Virus record (IMG/VR): IMGVR_UViG_3300009435_000019
Coordinates: 1 to 37,635 of that record
Length of the DNA: 37,635 nt
Origin: a virus
Lineage: Duplodnaviria; Caudoviricetes
Direction: 5' to 3' (one strand)
Shown one piece after another: positions 36,353-37,635 of the stretch. The translations under genes were made by a program, and so were the position numbers. Position 1 is the stretch's first letter, and each line of letters opens with the position of its first letter. The notes under the pieces are model-generated. The model had not been told where the DNA came from, searched no databases, and saw only the letters and a program-made list of their open reading frames with translations.

Positions 36353-36676
36353 ATGCAAAATCTTAAATTATTACAGAGCGAAATACATACTTCCTTTAAT
36401 TCAGGTCTTTTTGGGTCTGGTATTTTTGAGGATAGAATTATCTCTTTAGCCTCTGGCAATCCTGTTTCACACGAACAATATGGCCATATGTATACCCATA
36501 TAGTTCAAGAACTTAATAGAAAATATCATTTTTTTGGATTCGATGAAAAAATAAATCCCCCTGTTGATTGCGGATTTAGACCTCTTGATCCAAGATCACT
36601 CTTTCATAACCATATCCTACTCGAAAATGAATACCATCTTTTGACTGAAGACTCCCGTAATTTAAGTTTAGAGTAG
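36353..36676 (+). CDS. Small virion-like protein (107 aa) ending in the shared 20-aa motif
   Basis: C-terminus ILLENEYHLLTEDSRNLSLE matches motifs in two other proteins of the window. Confidence 0.7.
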   Translation: MQNLKLLQSEIHTSFNSGLFGSGIFEDRIISLASGNPVSHEQYGHMYTHIVQELNRKYHFFGFDEKINPPVDCGFRPLDPRSLFHNHILLENEYHLLTEDSRNLSLE

Positions 36677-36693
36677 TATAATTAAAAAATATA

Positions 36694-37635
36694 ATGGCAG
36701 ACCAAAAAATATCACAATTAACAGAATTAACTTCAGCTGACTCAGTAACTGACTTCTTGCCAGTTGTAGACTCTGGCGCAGATGAGACCAAAAAGATTAG
36801 ATTTAGTAATTTGCCGCTAAGTGATTCGGCTAAAAACTCTGTGTATACGTATACTACAGACTTTCACAGTGCTGTGGAGCAAACACGGAACATTACTGCT
36901 CCGTTGACTTATAGTCTGTATTACGGCGACGACACTACTTTAACTAGCATCTATATTGGCAGCAATGTTCCTAGTATTGACCCTTCTGCATTCGTTGGTT
37001 GTACCGCCCTGACAAATGTAACCATTGGTAACAGCATCGCAAGCATCGGTAATAATGCATTCAAAGACTGCACTAGCCTGACGAGCATCAACATTCCCGA
37101 CAGTGTCACCAGCATCGGGATTAGCGCATTCAGTGGCTGCACTGACCTCGCGAGCGCCACCCTCCCAAATAATGTTGGCTTCACCAGAGTCGAAGATTAC
37201 TTATTCTTTCACTGCACTAGCCTGTCGAGCGTCACCATTCCTGACAGCGTAACCTACATCGGGGATGGCGCATTCCAAAACTGCGACTTGACGAGCATCA
37301 CCATCCCAGACAGCGTTTCCACCATCAAACAAAGAGCATTCCAAGGCTGTGACAGGGTAGAAAGTCTCACCCTCCCAAACAACGCTGGCTTTACTACCAT
37401 TGAGCAATTCACATTTGCTGAATGTAGCGCTTTACTGAGTTTGACCATACCCAATACCGTAACGACTATAGATTCGCACGCATTCCGCAACTGTATACTA
37501 CTAGGGACAATAAACTGCCTAGCTACAACTGCTCCTGCCTTGGGTTCTAATCCGTTTTCTGGTGTAGCGGCTACAGAGATTCACGTTCCAGTAGGAGCAA
37601 CAGGATACGGAACTACATATGGAGGTTTGACGGTC
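36694..37635 (+). CDS. Partial ORF (>=314 aa): fibre-type N-terminus plus BspA/TpLRR-type leucine-rich repeats; probable receptor-binding/adhesin protein
   Basis: Absent from track; MADQKISQLTELTSADSVTDFLPVVDSGADETKKI followed by about 8 repeats such as CTSLTSINIPDSVTSIGISAFSG, then CLATTAPALGSNPF cap; open to window end. Confidence 0.9.
   Translation, partial: MADQKISQLTELTSADSVTDFLPVVDSGADETKKIRFSNLPLSDSAKNSVYTYTTDFHSAVEQTRNITAPLTYSLYYGDDTTLTSIYIGSNVPSIDPSAFVGCTALTNVTIGNSIASIGNNAFKDCTSLTSINIPDSVTSIGISAFSGCTDLASATLPNNVGFTRVEDYLFFHCTSLSSVTIPDSVTYIGDGAFQNCDLTSITIPDSVSTIKQRAFQGCDRVESLTLPNNAGFTTIEQFTFAECSALLSLTIPNTVTTIDSHAFRNCILLGTINCLATTAPALGSNPFSGVAATEIHVPVGATGYGTTYGGLTV
36940..37520 (+). repeat. 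Coding tandem repeats (66-72 nt) of the LRR array
   Basis: Recurring GCATTC, TGCACTAGCCTG (x2), ACGAGCATCA (x2), ACCCTCCCAAA (37159 and 37369). Confidence 0.85.

Noticed and set aside
36576-37490. Minus-strand track ORFs at the right end
   Set aside because: Antisense shadows of the plus-strand LRR gene; their periodicity merely mirrors the repeats.
36940-37520. CRISPR-like array suggested by ~69-nt periodicity
   Set aside because: Repeats are degenerate, in-frame and encode LRRs; no identical repeat-spacer structure.
1-37635. Stop-codon reassignment, tRNA/rRNA genes, introns or inteins, tail sheath
   Set aside because: Standard code gives dense full-length ORFs ending in TAA or TAG; intergenic gaps are short and explained; no cloverleaf, homing endonuclease, intein or sheath motifs recognised by eye.

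Overview
Virion morphogenesis region of a large, AT-rich tailed dsDNA phage (Caudoviricetes, standard code). No sheath gene is evident, so it is probably siphovirus-like. The minus strand, read right to left, carries: portal, small protein, prohead protease/scaffold, decoration protein, major capsid, two small head-associated proteins, four neck/completion proteins, major tail tube, a 2033-aa tape measure protein, probable chaperones, two tube-like paralogs and two repeat-built baseplate-like proteins. A plus-strand block (3604-12689) is centred on a 2361-aa VWA-containing mosaic protein. Further left lie a LamG protein and a hub-like ORF that runs off the left edge; at the right edge is a BspA-type LRR protein with a fibre-like N-terminus. 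Both edge ORFs are missing from the ORF track. Main observations: (1) one 20-aa peptide is grafted into three unrelated proteins, with one copy directly upstream of the MADQKISQL-headed LRR gene, a candidate docking system for adhesins; (2) a bipartite motif WAATTTCWC-N16-TGTAAW occurs at about 13 gene starts, often at leaderless-mRNA distance; (3) one copy lies inside the protease gene ahead of an in-frame ATG, predicting a nested scaffold gene; (4) Ser-Gly/Thr-Gly is strongly enriched in predicted surface proteins; (5) the tail tube fold is internally duplicated and shared with two paralogs. All product calls come from motif recognition and synteny by eye; no database search was run.
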